Notes: generated by a model from the sequence alone, not told the origin. A stretch of DNA of 15,266 nucleotides from Pseudomonadota bacterium (GCA_031416315.1 JANOTL010000084.1:1-15266), one strand, 5' to 3'; positions 1-7,396 are shown, counted from the stretch's first letter. Program-made: numbers and translations.

Positions 1-133
1 CGCCTCCCCCCGGACCCGAAGGGTGGCGTCTGGATCAAGGCAGACGGCCAACAGAACCTCGTTGCCCTTCCCCGACTTGGCCAGCCCGCATCAAGCCGTC
101 CGCAGGACAAAAGCGCGCGCAGCGCCAAACGAC

Positions 134-167
134 AAGCCCCCCCCCTCGATGCGAGGGGGGGGGGCTT
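134..167 (-). terminator. GC-rich hairpin, probable intrinsic terminator of the HAMP gene (possibly bidirectional)
   Basis: AAG-C9-TCG-ATG-CGA-G10-CTT inverted repeat about 30 nt past the minus-strand stop at 197. On the minus strand it is followed by GTCGTTT, a weak U-tract. Confidence 0.6.
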
Positions 168-196
168 CGTCCGGACGAAACCGATGCTGCTAGCGA

Positions 197-715
197 TCAG
201 CTAACTTTCCCGTCGCGAGCCTTATTCAACTCATGCACCGGCCCGCCGCCATGCCGCTGCTCCATCTTCTCCGCCATCGCATTCAACTTGCTCACCAAGT
301 CATGCAATTCGTCTTTGTCGCGGATGCGGCAGCGAAGCTTATAATCGCCGGCGGAAAATTGGTCGACGAACCGCTCGATCGAGACGAGGGGGCCGTAATA
401 ACGATGTGTCAGGCGAATCAGCATCGCCAGCATGACGACCATGAACACGGTGAACATCACGCCGATGCGAATCGCATTGCTGCGAAACACGTCGTTGGTG
501 ACCAGCTCCCACTGGAGCTTCGTGTCGACCACGTTGAAGATGCCCATGACGTGCTGATACTGCTCGACGAAGGCGTTGACGAACATGTAGGCGGAGACGC
601 CTACGAACGCGGCCGAGAGGCCCAAAACGTACAGACCGAATTTGATCTGCTTGAACGGCTCGATCAGCGTGTTCTTCAGATTGCGTTTGTACTTCGGTTT
701 GGACTGGTTCACCAC
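197..715 (-). CDS. Membrane protein with two TM helices and a C-terminal HAMP domain, no output domain (about 172 aa)
   Basis: Hydrophobic segments FGLYVLGLSAAFVGVSAYMFV and IGVMFTVFMVVMLAMLI, then a HAMP signature (GPLVSIERFVDQFSAGDYKLRCRIRDKDELHDLVSKLNAMAEKM). Start moved from 961 to GTG 715 (or 712) because GGAGG lies 7 nt upstream. Confidence 0.85.
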   Translation of the reverse strand: MVNQSKPKYKRNLKNTLIEPFKQIKFGLYVLGLSAAFVGVSAYMFVNAFVEQYQHVMGIFNVVDTKLQWELVTNDVFRSNAIRIGVMFTVFMVVMLAMLIRLTHRYYGPLVSIERFVDQFSAGDYKLRCRIRDKDELHDLVSKLNAMAEKMEQRHGGGPVHELNKARDGKVS

Positions 716-737
716 GGCGCTTCCTCCCATGTGTGGG

Positions 738-764
738 GTTTCGGCGCTCGGTCCCGGAACCTTA
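738..764 (-). promoter_or_regulatory. sigma28 (FliA)-like promoter of the HAMP gene
   Basis: Minus strand reads TAAG-N15-GCCGAAAC against the consensus TAAA-N15-GCCGATAA, directly upstream of the RBS. Confidence 0.55.
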
Positions 765-806
765 GGCGGAAGGCGCCGGTCTCCCCTTGGGCGGCCACGA
801 AAAGGC

Positions 807-835
807 TTGCGCTTGGGCAGGAGCCTCGATAGGTT
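807..835 (+). promoter_or_regulatory. sigma70-like promoter of the small basic ORF
   Basis: TTGCGC(807-812)-N17-TAGGTT(830-835), 36 nt before the GTG at 872. Confidence 0.55.
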
Positions 836-871
836 CCCGCGGTACTCGTTAAAACAGCTTGGAGACCACTC

Positions 872-976
872 GTGCACGGTTCTCGCCACAGACGGAAACA
901 TCCCAAGGGACGCCGCAAGGTCGGCCGTAAGAAACGCCGGATGATGGCCAAGCGCCGCCACTTGCGCACGGTCTGA
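872..976 (+). CDS. 34-aa highly basic small protein MHGSRHRRKHPKGRRKVGRKKRRMMAKRRHLRTV; candidate small ribosomal or RNA-binding protein
   Basis: GGAG RBS 861-864, GTG 872, TGA 974-976. It has 11 Arg, 6 Lys, 4 His and no acidic residue, and is flanked by a promoter and a terminator hairpin. It is shorter than any ORF in the supplied track. Confidence 0.75.
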   Translation: MHGSRHRRKHPKGRRKVGRKKRRMMAKRRHLRTV

Positions 977-994
977 TCGCCCTCGATCGATACC

Positions 995-1028
995 AACAGG
1001 CGACCTGGCTTTGTCCGGGTCGCCTGTT
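995..1028 (+). terminator. Intrinsic terminator-like hairpin after the small ORF
   Basis: AACAGGCGACCTGG-CTTTGT-CCGGGTCGCCTGTT forms a 14-bp stem (one G-U pair) 18 nt after the stop, with an interrupted T-rich tail. Confidence 0.7.
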
Positions 1029-1191
1029 CGTGCTTGTTCGCTCCGAACCGCTCATTCCCGCCGCGATATCCCAGCCTTAGCCTTGCTCCGCCCGCGCCGA
1101 ACTCGGAATTTTCCCAGCATTTTCGCTTGGACACCCGCCCCATATCAGCGGTTTAATTCGAAAAAGATGGGGTACTCCCAAGGCGACGGCA

Positions 1192-1200
1192 TGGTATCCT
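1192..1200 (+). promoter_or_regulatory. Possible extended -10 element
   Basis: TG-G-TATCCT about 60 nt upstream of ATG 1259, with no convincing -35. Confidence 0.25.
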
Positions 1201-1258
1201 TTAGGACAAACTTCCCATCCGAAAAAAGCCCCGAGATTTGCCAAGAAAGGCGCCGCCC

Positions 1259-1951
1259 ATGCTGGATTTCATCTGCGAACTCGAAAGGGTGCTCAGCAAA
1301 TGGCCGGAGAACGCCAGCTGGAACCTCGCCCAAATCGCCGACCATACGGCTACGGGCGTCCCCCAGGTCGTCGACATCCTCTCCGACACCCTGGACCGTG
1401 AGCTCGAGGTCCACGAGGCTCTGACCCGCGCGGAAGCGATCAAGGCTCTCGACATCCTCAAAGACCGGATGTCGGGTCAGCTCCAGGCGCGTCAAAAGCG
1501 CCTCGAGGTCCGTCGTGAGAAAGCGATCCGTGCCTTCGACCTAACGATGGAGAAGGTCCGTGTCCTCCAGGGTGCGAAAAATTGGCGCAGCGCCTACAAA
1601 ACCCTGAGCTACTACGTCGGCCGCCATGAGAAAGACCTTCCGGGCGAGCTCCTCCTCAGCCTCTGCGGCGAGTGCCTGCGTTTGGGCTTCAAAGCCGAGG
1701 CGAACCTCCAGGAGCTCTCGATGTGGCTGCGCAAAGGCGTGGCCGCGAGCCTCTCCTCCGAGACCGCCCACGGCGTCGAGGAAGCCCTCGACTTCATCGA
1801 TGCGTACGGCGAGCTCTTCCAGGAAGAAAGCCAAGCCGCCCCGGGTCGCCGCCTCCTCGGCAGCGTCATGGAAGGCTTGAAGCGCGAGGCCGTAAGCCAT
1901 AACCTGGCGCCCCAGTATGAAGTCCTGGCGAAAGACCTCGGCGTCGGCTGA
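1259..1951 (+). CDS. Hypothetical all-helical protein (230 aa), possible N-terminal HTH and TPR-like C-terminal half
   Basis: AGAAAGG RBS before ATG 1259 and host-like codon use. WNLAQIADHTATGVPQVVDIL resembles an HTH and is followed by a coiled-coil-like segment. Confidence 0.75.
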   Translation: MLDFICELERVLSKWPENASWNLAQIADHTATGVPQVVDILSDTLDRELEVHEALTRAEAIKALDILKDRMSGQLQARQKRLEVRREKAIRAFDLTMEKVRVLQGAKNWRSAYKTLSYYVGRHEKDLPGELLLSLCGECLRLGFKAEANLQELSMWLRKGVAASLSSETAHGVEEALDFIDAYGELFQEESQAAPGRRLLGSVMEGLKREAVSHNLAPQYEVLAKDLGVG

Positions 1952-1987
1952 TTTAGTCCGTCGTCCCGGCTGATAAAGGAACGGGCT

Positions 1988-4537
1988 TTGGCCAAGAAGA
2001 AGAAGTCTGCGCCGCGGGCCGTCTTATCCAACAAGCTTGGAAAACTCCCGCGCGCGCTTCCCGTATCCGCGACCTACAAGCACTGCCCCGACAACGCGTT
2101 CGACTTCAAGGACACGTCGGGGCTGGGCAAGTCGCACGACATCATCTCCCAGGAGCGCGCGGTGCGCGCGATCAACATGGGCCTGGGCATCCGCAAGCCT
2201 GGCTACAACATCTACGTCGCCGGTAGCCAGGGCACCGGCAAGACGAGCGTCATCCGCACCTTCCTCGAAAAGTGGTCGGGCGACGCAGAGACGCCCGTCG
2301 ACTGGCTCTACATCTACGACTTCAACGACACGGAAGCGCCGAAGGCGATCTCGGTCGCGGCCGGCGAAGGCCGGAAGTTCAAAAAGCAGATGGAGACCTT
2401 GGTCAAGAATCTGCGCGAGCAAGTGCCTAAAGCTCTTCAGAGCGAAGACTACGAAAACGCCGTGAACGCCTATGCTTCTGCCTCCAACGAGCGCAAAGCC
2501 AAGCACTACGCCGACCTCGAGAAGCTGGCGAAGTCGATGGACTTCGTCGTCAAGTCGACGCGCATGGGCATCGAGACGATCCCGATCGTGGACGGCCGCG
2601 CCCTGACCGAGAAAGAGTACGGCAAGCTCAACGACAAAGACCGCGAGACGATCGAGGACCACCGCTCGCAGCTCGAGCCGGAAGTCCTCGACTTCGCGCG
2701 CAAAGTGCGCGCGATCGAGTCGGAGACGAGCGAGTACATCGAGGCGCTCCGCGGCGAGCTCGGCAACTCCGTCGTCGGCCAGGAGCTCGATCCCCTCATC
2801 GAGGAATACGAGAAGCGCGATCCTGCGACCCCGCAGCTCGTCGCCTACTTGAAGGAAGTGAAAGAGCACATCCTCGAGAATCTCCTCGATTTCGTCGACC
2901 TGGGCGAGGAGGAAGGCCAGCAGCAATCGCCCTGGGGCGACGAGGAGCGCGACCGGTACGTCAAATACCGGGTCAACGTCTTCGTCGACAATACCAACCA
3001 GAAGGGCGCGCCGGTCATCATTGAGACCAACCCGACCTACTACAACCTGTTCGGCCGCATCGAGAAGAACGTCGAGCACGGCATGTACCTGACCGACTTC
3101 ACGATGATCAAGGCCGGCTCGGTGCACCGCGCCAACGGCGGCTACCTCGTCCTGAACGCCATGGACGTGTTCAAGACGACCTCGGGGATCTGGGACACGC
3201 TGAAGCGCGTGCTCAAGAACCGCCAGGGCTTCATCGAGGACATGGGCGAGCAGTTCTCGCTGCTCCCGACCTCCGGCCTGCGCCCCGTGCCGATCAGCCT
3301 CGACGTCAAAGTCATCATGATCGGCAACGACGACATCTATCACATGCTCCACGACGGCGACGACGACTTCGCCAAGATCTTCAAGATCAAGGCCGACTTC
3401 GACTACAAGATGCCGCGCACCGACGAGACCGAGGAAGCCTACGCGCACTTCGTCTCGACGCGCGCGGAGCTCGAGGATCTCCTGCCTTTCTCCCGCGGCG
3501 GCGTCGCGGCGGTCGTCGAGTTCGGCTCGCGGCTCGTGGAGGACCAGCGCGCGCTGTCGACCCAATTCGGCCAAATCAAGGATCTGACGATCGAAAGCGA
3601 CTACCTCGCGCGCGCCCAGGGCGCCAAAGGGGTCACGCGCGATCACGTCGAACAGGCCTTGGACCAGAAGTTCTTCCGCCACAACCTGGTGGAAGAGCAG
3701 ATGCTCGAGATGGTGCGGCACGAGGACGTCCTCCTCTCCCTCGACGGCGAGCAGGTCGGCCAAGTGAACGGCCTCGCCGTCTACGACATGGGCGACTACT
3801 CGTTCGGCAAGATGGGCCGCATCACCTGCACGATCTCGGTCACCGACGAGGGCGTGCTCAACATCGAGCGCGCCTCGAAGCTCTCCGGCAAGATCCACGA
3901 CAAGGGCGTCTTCATCATGTCGGGCTTCCTCACGGCGGTCTTGGCGAAGAAGAAGAACCTGGGCGTCGCGGCCAGCGTCTGCTTCGAGCAGAGCTACGGC
4001 CTCATCGACGGCGACAGCGCGACCGTGGCTGAGCTCATCTCGATCCTCTCGGCGATGGGCGAGATCCCGGTGAAGCAGGGCTTCGCGATGACCGGCAGCT
4101 TGAACCAATTCGGCGAGGTGCAGCCGGTCGGCGGCATCAACGAGAAGATCGAGGGCTTCTTCAAGACGGCGAAGCTGGTGGGCAAGGGCAATGGCCCATA
4201 TTCCGTGATGATTCCGCATCAAAACGTGCCCAACCTGATGTTGCATCGCGACGTGCGCGCGGCGATCAACGAGGGCTTTTTCCAGGTGATCCCGATCCGC
4301 TCGATCGGCGAGGCCTTCGAGATCGTCACCGGCATGCCGCTCGGCTTCACGAACGTGCTGCAGAACGAGTTCCCCGCGGGCTCGGCGCTGGAGAAGATCG
4401 AGAAGCGCCTGCGCGCCTTGCGTAAGGGCAACGAGGACGAGCACAAAGAGCGGCCGAAAGCGGTCGTCAGCACCTCGAAGACGCCGAAGCAGAAGGTCGC
4501 CAAGCCTCGAGCCGCCAGGCCCCCGCGGCGCAAGTGA
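1988..4537 (+). CDS. Lon-like (LonC/YcbZ-type, peptidase S16) protease with AAA-like domain
   Basis: Walker A GSQGTGKT, NPTYYNLFGRIE, AGSVHRANGGYLVL, catalytic Ser in DGDSAT and Lys in GGINEKIEGF. AAAGGA RBS precedes a TTG start. Confidence 0.93.
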   Translation: MAKKKKSAPRAVLSNKLGKLPRALPVSATYKHCPDNAFDFKDTSGLGKSHDIISQERAVRAINMGLGIRKPGYNIYVAGSQGTGKTSVIRTFLEKWSGDAETPVDWLYIYDFNDTEAPKAISVAAGEGRKFKKQMETLVKNLREQVPKALQSEDYENAVNAYASASNERKAKHYADLEKLAKSMDFVVKSTRMGIETIPIVDGRALTEKEYGKLNDKDRETIEDHRSQLEPEVLDFARKVRAIESETSEYIEALRGELGNSVVGQELDPLIEEYEKRDPATPQLVAYLKEVKEHILENLLDFVDLGEEEGQQQSPWGDEERDRYVKYRVNVFVDNTNQKGAPVIIETNPTYYNLFGRIEKNVEHGMYLTDFTMIKAGSVHRANGGYLVLNAMDVFKTTSGIWDTLKRVLKNRQGFIEDMGEQFSLLPTSGLRPVPISLDVKVIMIGNDDIYHMLHDGDDDFAKIFKIKADFDYKMPRTDETEEAYAHFVSTRAELEDLLPFSRGGVAAVVEFGSRLVEDQRALSTQFGQIKDLTIESDYLARAQGAKGVTRDHVEQALDQKFFRHNLVEEQMLEMVRHEDVLLSLDGEQVGQVNGLAVYDMGDYSFGKMGRITCTISVTDEGVLNIERASKLSGKIHDKGVFIMSGFLTAVLAKKKNLGVAASVCFEQSYGLIDGDSATVAELISILSAMGEIPVKQGFAMTGSLNQFGEVQPVGGINEKIEGFFKTAKLVGKGNGPYSVMIPHQNVPNLMLHRDVRAAINEGFFQVIPIRSIGEAFEIVTGMPLGFTNVLQNEFPAGSALEKIEKRLRALRKGNEDEHKERPKAVVSTSKTPKQKVAKPRAARPPRRK

Positions 4538-4569
4538 GCCAGGTGGTTCGGCTAGCGACCATGGCTCAC
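4534..4569 (+). other. Intercistronic stem-loop without a U-tract
   Basis: GTGAGCCA(4534-4541) pairs with TGGCTCAC(4562-4569), with an inner TGGT/ACCA pair. Confidence 0.35.
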
Positions 4570-4582
4570 CACCCAAAGGCCC

Positions 4583-5578
4583 ATGAGCGTGACGAACGAA
4601 CCACTCGCCGACACACTGAAGTCTCGCGCAAGGCTGAAGGCGGCCGTGCGCGAGTTTTTCTCGGGGACCGGGGCCGGCTACTTGGAGGTCGACACGCCCG
4701 TCGGCGTGATCTGCCCGGGGACTGAGGTGCATCTCGGCTACTTCGAGACCGCGTGGCGCGATCACCAGAAGCGCGAGCACCGGCTGTTCTTGCGCTCGAG
4801 CCCCGAGCTGCACATGAAGCAGGCGCTGGCGGCGCTCGGAGAAGGCGGGATTTTCCAGCTCGCGACCTGCTTCCGCAACGACGGCGAGATCTCGGCCTGG
4901 CACCATCCCGAGTTCACCATGCTCGAGTTCTACGAGACCGGGACCTCCTACCACGATTTCATCGCGCGGACGGAGGCCTTGCTCACTGCGACGCGCGAGG
5001 CCTTCAAGGCGACGAAGGTGCCGAAGACTTTTCGGCGGGTGACGGTGGCGGAGGCCTTCCGCGAGTGGGCCGGGCTCGAGCTGGAAGACGAGGACCCGGA
5101 GCTGGCGCCACGCGGCAAGAGCGCAGGAATCCGATCTTTGCGCGGCGACGAGGACTTCGAGACCGCCTTCTTCAAGATCTTGATCGACCGGATTGAGCCG
5201 GGAATCGAGCGCGAAGGCGCCGTCGTCCTGCACGACTATCCGGCGTCGCAGGCGGCGCTGGCGATGGTCGAAGGCGAGGTCGCGCGGCGATTCGAGTTTT
5301 ACGTCGGGCGGGCGGAGCTCTGTAACGGGTTCCAAGAGCTTCTCGATCCCGCCGCGAACCGCGCCCGGATTCGCGCGGCGATGGCACGGCGGAAGGCGCT
5401 CGGCAGCGTCGTGCCCGACGAGGACGAGGACTTCTACGCGGCCCTCGAAAATGGCCTCAAGCCGTGCTGCGGCAACGCCTTGGGCTTCGAGCGCTGGCTC
5501 GCGCTCCTGCTCGGCCGGGACGGGATCGCGAGCGCGGTGCCCTTTCGCGCGGCGGCGCCTTATCGAGGTCACGAGTGA
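4583..5578 (+). CDS. epmA: EF-P lysine aminoacylase (EpmA/GenX/PoxA), lysyl-tRNA synthetase class II paralog
   Basis: YLEVDTP, LRSSPELHMKQALA, IFQLATCFRNDGE..HHPEFTMLEFY, RFEFYVGRAELCNGFQEL and GNALGFERWL. At 331 aa it lacks an anticodon-binding domain. Confidence 0.92.
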   Translation: MSVTNEPLADTLKSRARLKAAVREFFSGTGAGYLEVDTPVGVICPGTEVHLGYFETAWRDHQKREHRLFLRSSPELHMKQALAALGEGGIFQLATCFRNDGEISAWHHPEFTMLEFYETGTSYHDFIARTEALLTATREAFKATKVPKTFRRVTVAEAFREWAGLELEDEDPELAPRGKSAGIRSLRGDEDFETAFFKILIDRIEPGIEREGAVVLHDYPASQAALAMVEGEVARRFEFYVGRAELCNGFQELLDPAANRARIRAAMARRKALGSVVPDEDEDFYAALENGLKPCCGNALGFERWLALLLGRDGIASAVPFRAAAPYRGHE

Positions 5579-6468
5579 GGCGGGTGACGTCGACCGGGAT
5601 CGGGAGCCTGCCGTTCACGGAGTCCGAGCGCGCCTTGGACCACGTGTTCGCGCGGTACGGCTTGCCGTTTTATCCGCAGCTGCCGCAGGTGCCGCGGCAA
5701 CCTCAGCTCGCGTCATTGCCTCAGCTCGTGCGCGAGGTCCTTTCACCCGAGGCCGCCGAAGCGCTGCGGCCGGGTCGCGGGCGCCAGTTCCTGAAGCACC
5801 TGTGGCGCGACGACGCCTTCGCGGTGGTCGACGGCCTGCCGGGGTTTGGGGCCTTCGTTCGGCGCGCAAAGCTCGAGGGCCGCGGCGCCAAAGGGCAGCT
5901 CGCGGGGCCACGGACTCTCGCGGCGTTCGCGGGCGCGATCTTCGGCGACGAGGTGCCGACTGCCGATCTTCTCCTCGGTGCGCGCGAGTGGCTCGGTCGC
6001 CTGGTGCCGGCTTATGCGACGAAGCTGACTCTCGTCGTGCTCGACGACTTTTTGCTGGCTGCGGCCGCGTCGAGCGAAGATGCCATTTGGGTCAGTGACT
6101 TGGAGCACGCGTTGCGGGCTCGGGGCGTGCGGCTCGGGCTCCACTCCTGTGCGCCGTTGGACGCGGCGCGCGCGCTGGCGCGATTCTCGGGGCTGATCCT
6201 TGCCTTCGATCTGAGCGTCATCGACCTCCTTGCCGCGCGGGCGGCGATCTCGCCCCACTTTGCCGCCGGCGGCGGCTTGATTCTCGGGATTTTCGATACG
6301 CGCTCAGAGGCGCTCGACGTGCCGCGCGGGATGGACCTGGCGCGGAGAGCGTACGCGCTGATGCCGGAGTCTGCGGAAATATTCATCAGCGGGGGCTGCG
6401 GTACCGGCCTGCACGCGGCCTCCTTCGAGTACGAGCTGGCGCTGGCCCTCGCCGGCGCGCGCACTTGA
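5575..6468 (+). CDS. Cobalamin-independent methionine synthase-like (URO-D/CIMS fold) single-barrel protein
   Basis: TGIGSLP, PFYPQLP, KGQLAGP, GLHSC (HxC) and SGGCG Zn-ligand-type motifs. GTG 5575 overlaps the epmA stop (GTGA), with GAGG upstream. Confidence 0.75.
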   Translation: MRRVTSTGIGSLPFTESERALDHVFARYGLPFYPQLPQVPRQPQLASLPQLVREVLSPEAAEALRPGRGRQFLKHLWRDDAFAVVDGLPGFGAFVRRAKLEGRGAKGQLAGPRTLAAFAGAIFGDEVPTADLLLGAREWLGRLVPAYATKLTLVVLDDFLLAAAASSEDAIWVSDLEHALRARGVRLGLHSCAPLDAARALARFSGLILAFDLSVIDLLAARAAISPHFAAGGGLILGIFDTRSEALDVPRGMDLARRAYALMPESAEIFISGGCGTGLHAASFEYELALALAGART

Positions 6469-6515
6469 GATGAGACATCGAATCACCATTTTCCTGCACC
6501 TGAACGGGCGTTTTC

Positions 6516-6535
6516 GCGTGAGACGCGTCTGACGC
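6516..6535. promoter_or_regulatory. Near-perfect 20-bp palindrome, candidate regulator site
   Basis: GCGTG-AGACGCGTCT-GACGC has one mismatched pair and lies 13 nt upstream of the sigma54-like element. Confidence 0.4.
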
Positions 6536-6548
6536 CAGATGAGCAATG

Positions 6549-6564
6549 TGGCACGGTGCCTGCA
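6549..6564 (+). promoter_or_regulatory. sigma54 (RpoN) -24/-12 promoter of the lipoprotein gene
   Basis: TGGCACG-GTGC-CTGCA against the consensus TGGCACG-N4-TTGCW, with exact GG-N10-GC spacing, 36 nt before the ATG. Confidence 0.65.
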
Positions 6565-6600
6565 TTGGGCTCTCCGCGAATGACACGAGGAGGAACTATC

Positions 6601-7272
6601 ATGCGCAGAGCCACGCTCACCATCTTGACGCCCTTGATTGCCGGTGTGTTTACCTACGGTTGCACGAAATCGCCGGAAGAGAAGCGCGCTGAGGCCCAGA
6701 AAGAAGCGGCCGAAGACATCGCGGACGCCCAAAAGAAGGTCGCCGACGCCAACGTCGAGGCCAAAAAGGATATCGCCGAAGTCCAAGCGGAAGCCCGCAA
6801 AGACGTCGCCGAGGTCAATTCCGAGGTTCGCGAGGACGTCGCGGACGCCCAGAAAGACGTCGCCGAGACCCGCGCCGAGGCGAACAAAGAGATCGTCGAA
6901 GCCCAGACCGAGGCGTCCAAAGAGGTCGCCGAGATCAATCGTGATGCAGCCACCGACCGTCCCGTGACCGACGCCAACGCGTTCGTGACGACGCGCGACA
7001 CCTTCGTCACCACGGCCCAGACCCGCGTCCAGACCAGCCGTGACTCGATCGACCGCCTGGAAAAGGCGGCGAACGACAAGGCCGCGATGAACACGGTCTC
7101 GCCCGTTCTGGCCGACACGCGCACCAAGCTCACCGCCGCGGAGTCGCAGCTCCAAAACGTCAAAAACGCCACGCAAGATCAGTGGGCGAGCTTGAAAACC
7201 AACATGGAGACCAAGCTCACCGAGCTGGAAGCCTCCATCAGCACTCTCGAGCAGCAAGTCTCGGCGCACTAA
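6601..7272 (+). CDS. Lipoprotein with amphipathic helical 11/7-residue repeats (223 aa)
   Basis: GGAGGA RBS before ATG 6601. Signal MRRATLTILTPLIAGVFTYG-C has a lipobox-like TYGC, followed by EAxKDVAE-type repeats and a helical C-terminal domain. Confidence 0.85.
   Translation: MRRATLTILTPLIAGVFTYGCTKSPEEKRAEAQKEAAEDIADAQKKVADANVEAKKDIAEVQAEARKDVAEVNSEVREDVADAQKDVAETRAEANKEIVEAQTEASKEVAEINRDAATDRPVTDANAFVTTRDTFVTTAQTRVQTSRDSIDRLEKAANDKAAMNTVSPVLADTRTKLTAAESQLQNVKNATQDQWASLKTNMETKLTELEASISTLEQQVSAH
6694..6933 (+). repeat. Two diverged tandem 120-bp (40-aa; 11+7+11+11) coding repeats
   Basis: AQKEAAEDIAD-AQKKVAD-ANVEAKKDIAE-VQAEARKDVAE followed by VNSEVREDVAD-AQKDVAE-TRAEANKEIVE-AQTEASKEVAE. 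Confidence 0.75.
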
Positions 7273-7295
7273 AGCGCTGTTTCATCGCTCGAACC

Positions 7296-7363
7296 GACCC
7301 GCCGCAGCGCCTTCGTCTTCACCTCCGGGCTGAAGACCCCGGCCTCGCGGCGGGTCTTTTCTT
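7296..7363 (+). terminator. Long hairpin plus U-tract, terminator of the lipoprotein gene
   Basis: GACCCGCCGC(7296-7305) pairs with GCGGCGGGTC(7347-7356) and encloses GTCTTCA/TGAAGAC, followed by TTTTCTT. Confidence 0.7.
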
Positions 7364-7396
7364 GACGTTCCCGCGCCTTTGAGACCAAATCGCGGG

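Noticed and set aside
1..204. Open plus-strand frame 1 from the window edge (RLPPDPKGGVWIKADG...)
   Set aside because: It has no recognisable motif and runs through the terminator hairpin, so it cannot be judged without upstream sequence.
890..935. Possible c-di-GMP-I (GEMM) riboswitch (GGAAAC..GGGACGCCGCAAGG)
   Set aside because: The GNRA-capped P2 and the P3 motif are missing, and the segment is better explained as the small ORF's coding sequence.
716..961. N-terminal extension of the HAMP ORF given in the ORF track
   Set aside because: The RBS and sigma28-like promoter point to GTG 715/712, and the extension overlaps the divergent small gene.
1200..1225. sigma28-like TTTAG..TCCGAAAA, and a similar TTTAG..GCTGATAA at 1952-1976
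   Set aside because: The spacers are 1-2 nt too short, and the second site leaves no room before the RBS.
2024..5572. 1182-aa antisense ORF
   Set aside because: It is a shadow of the Lon-like gene and epmA, caused by GC-rich codon bias, and has no recognisable motifs.
5464..5574. Upstream start of the MetE-like ORF
   Set aside because: It lies inside epmA. GTG 5575 has an RBS and sits just before the first conserved motif.
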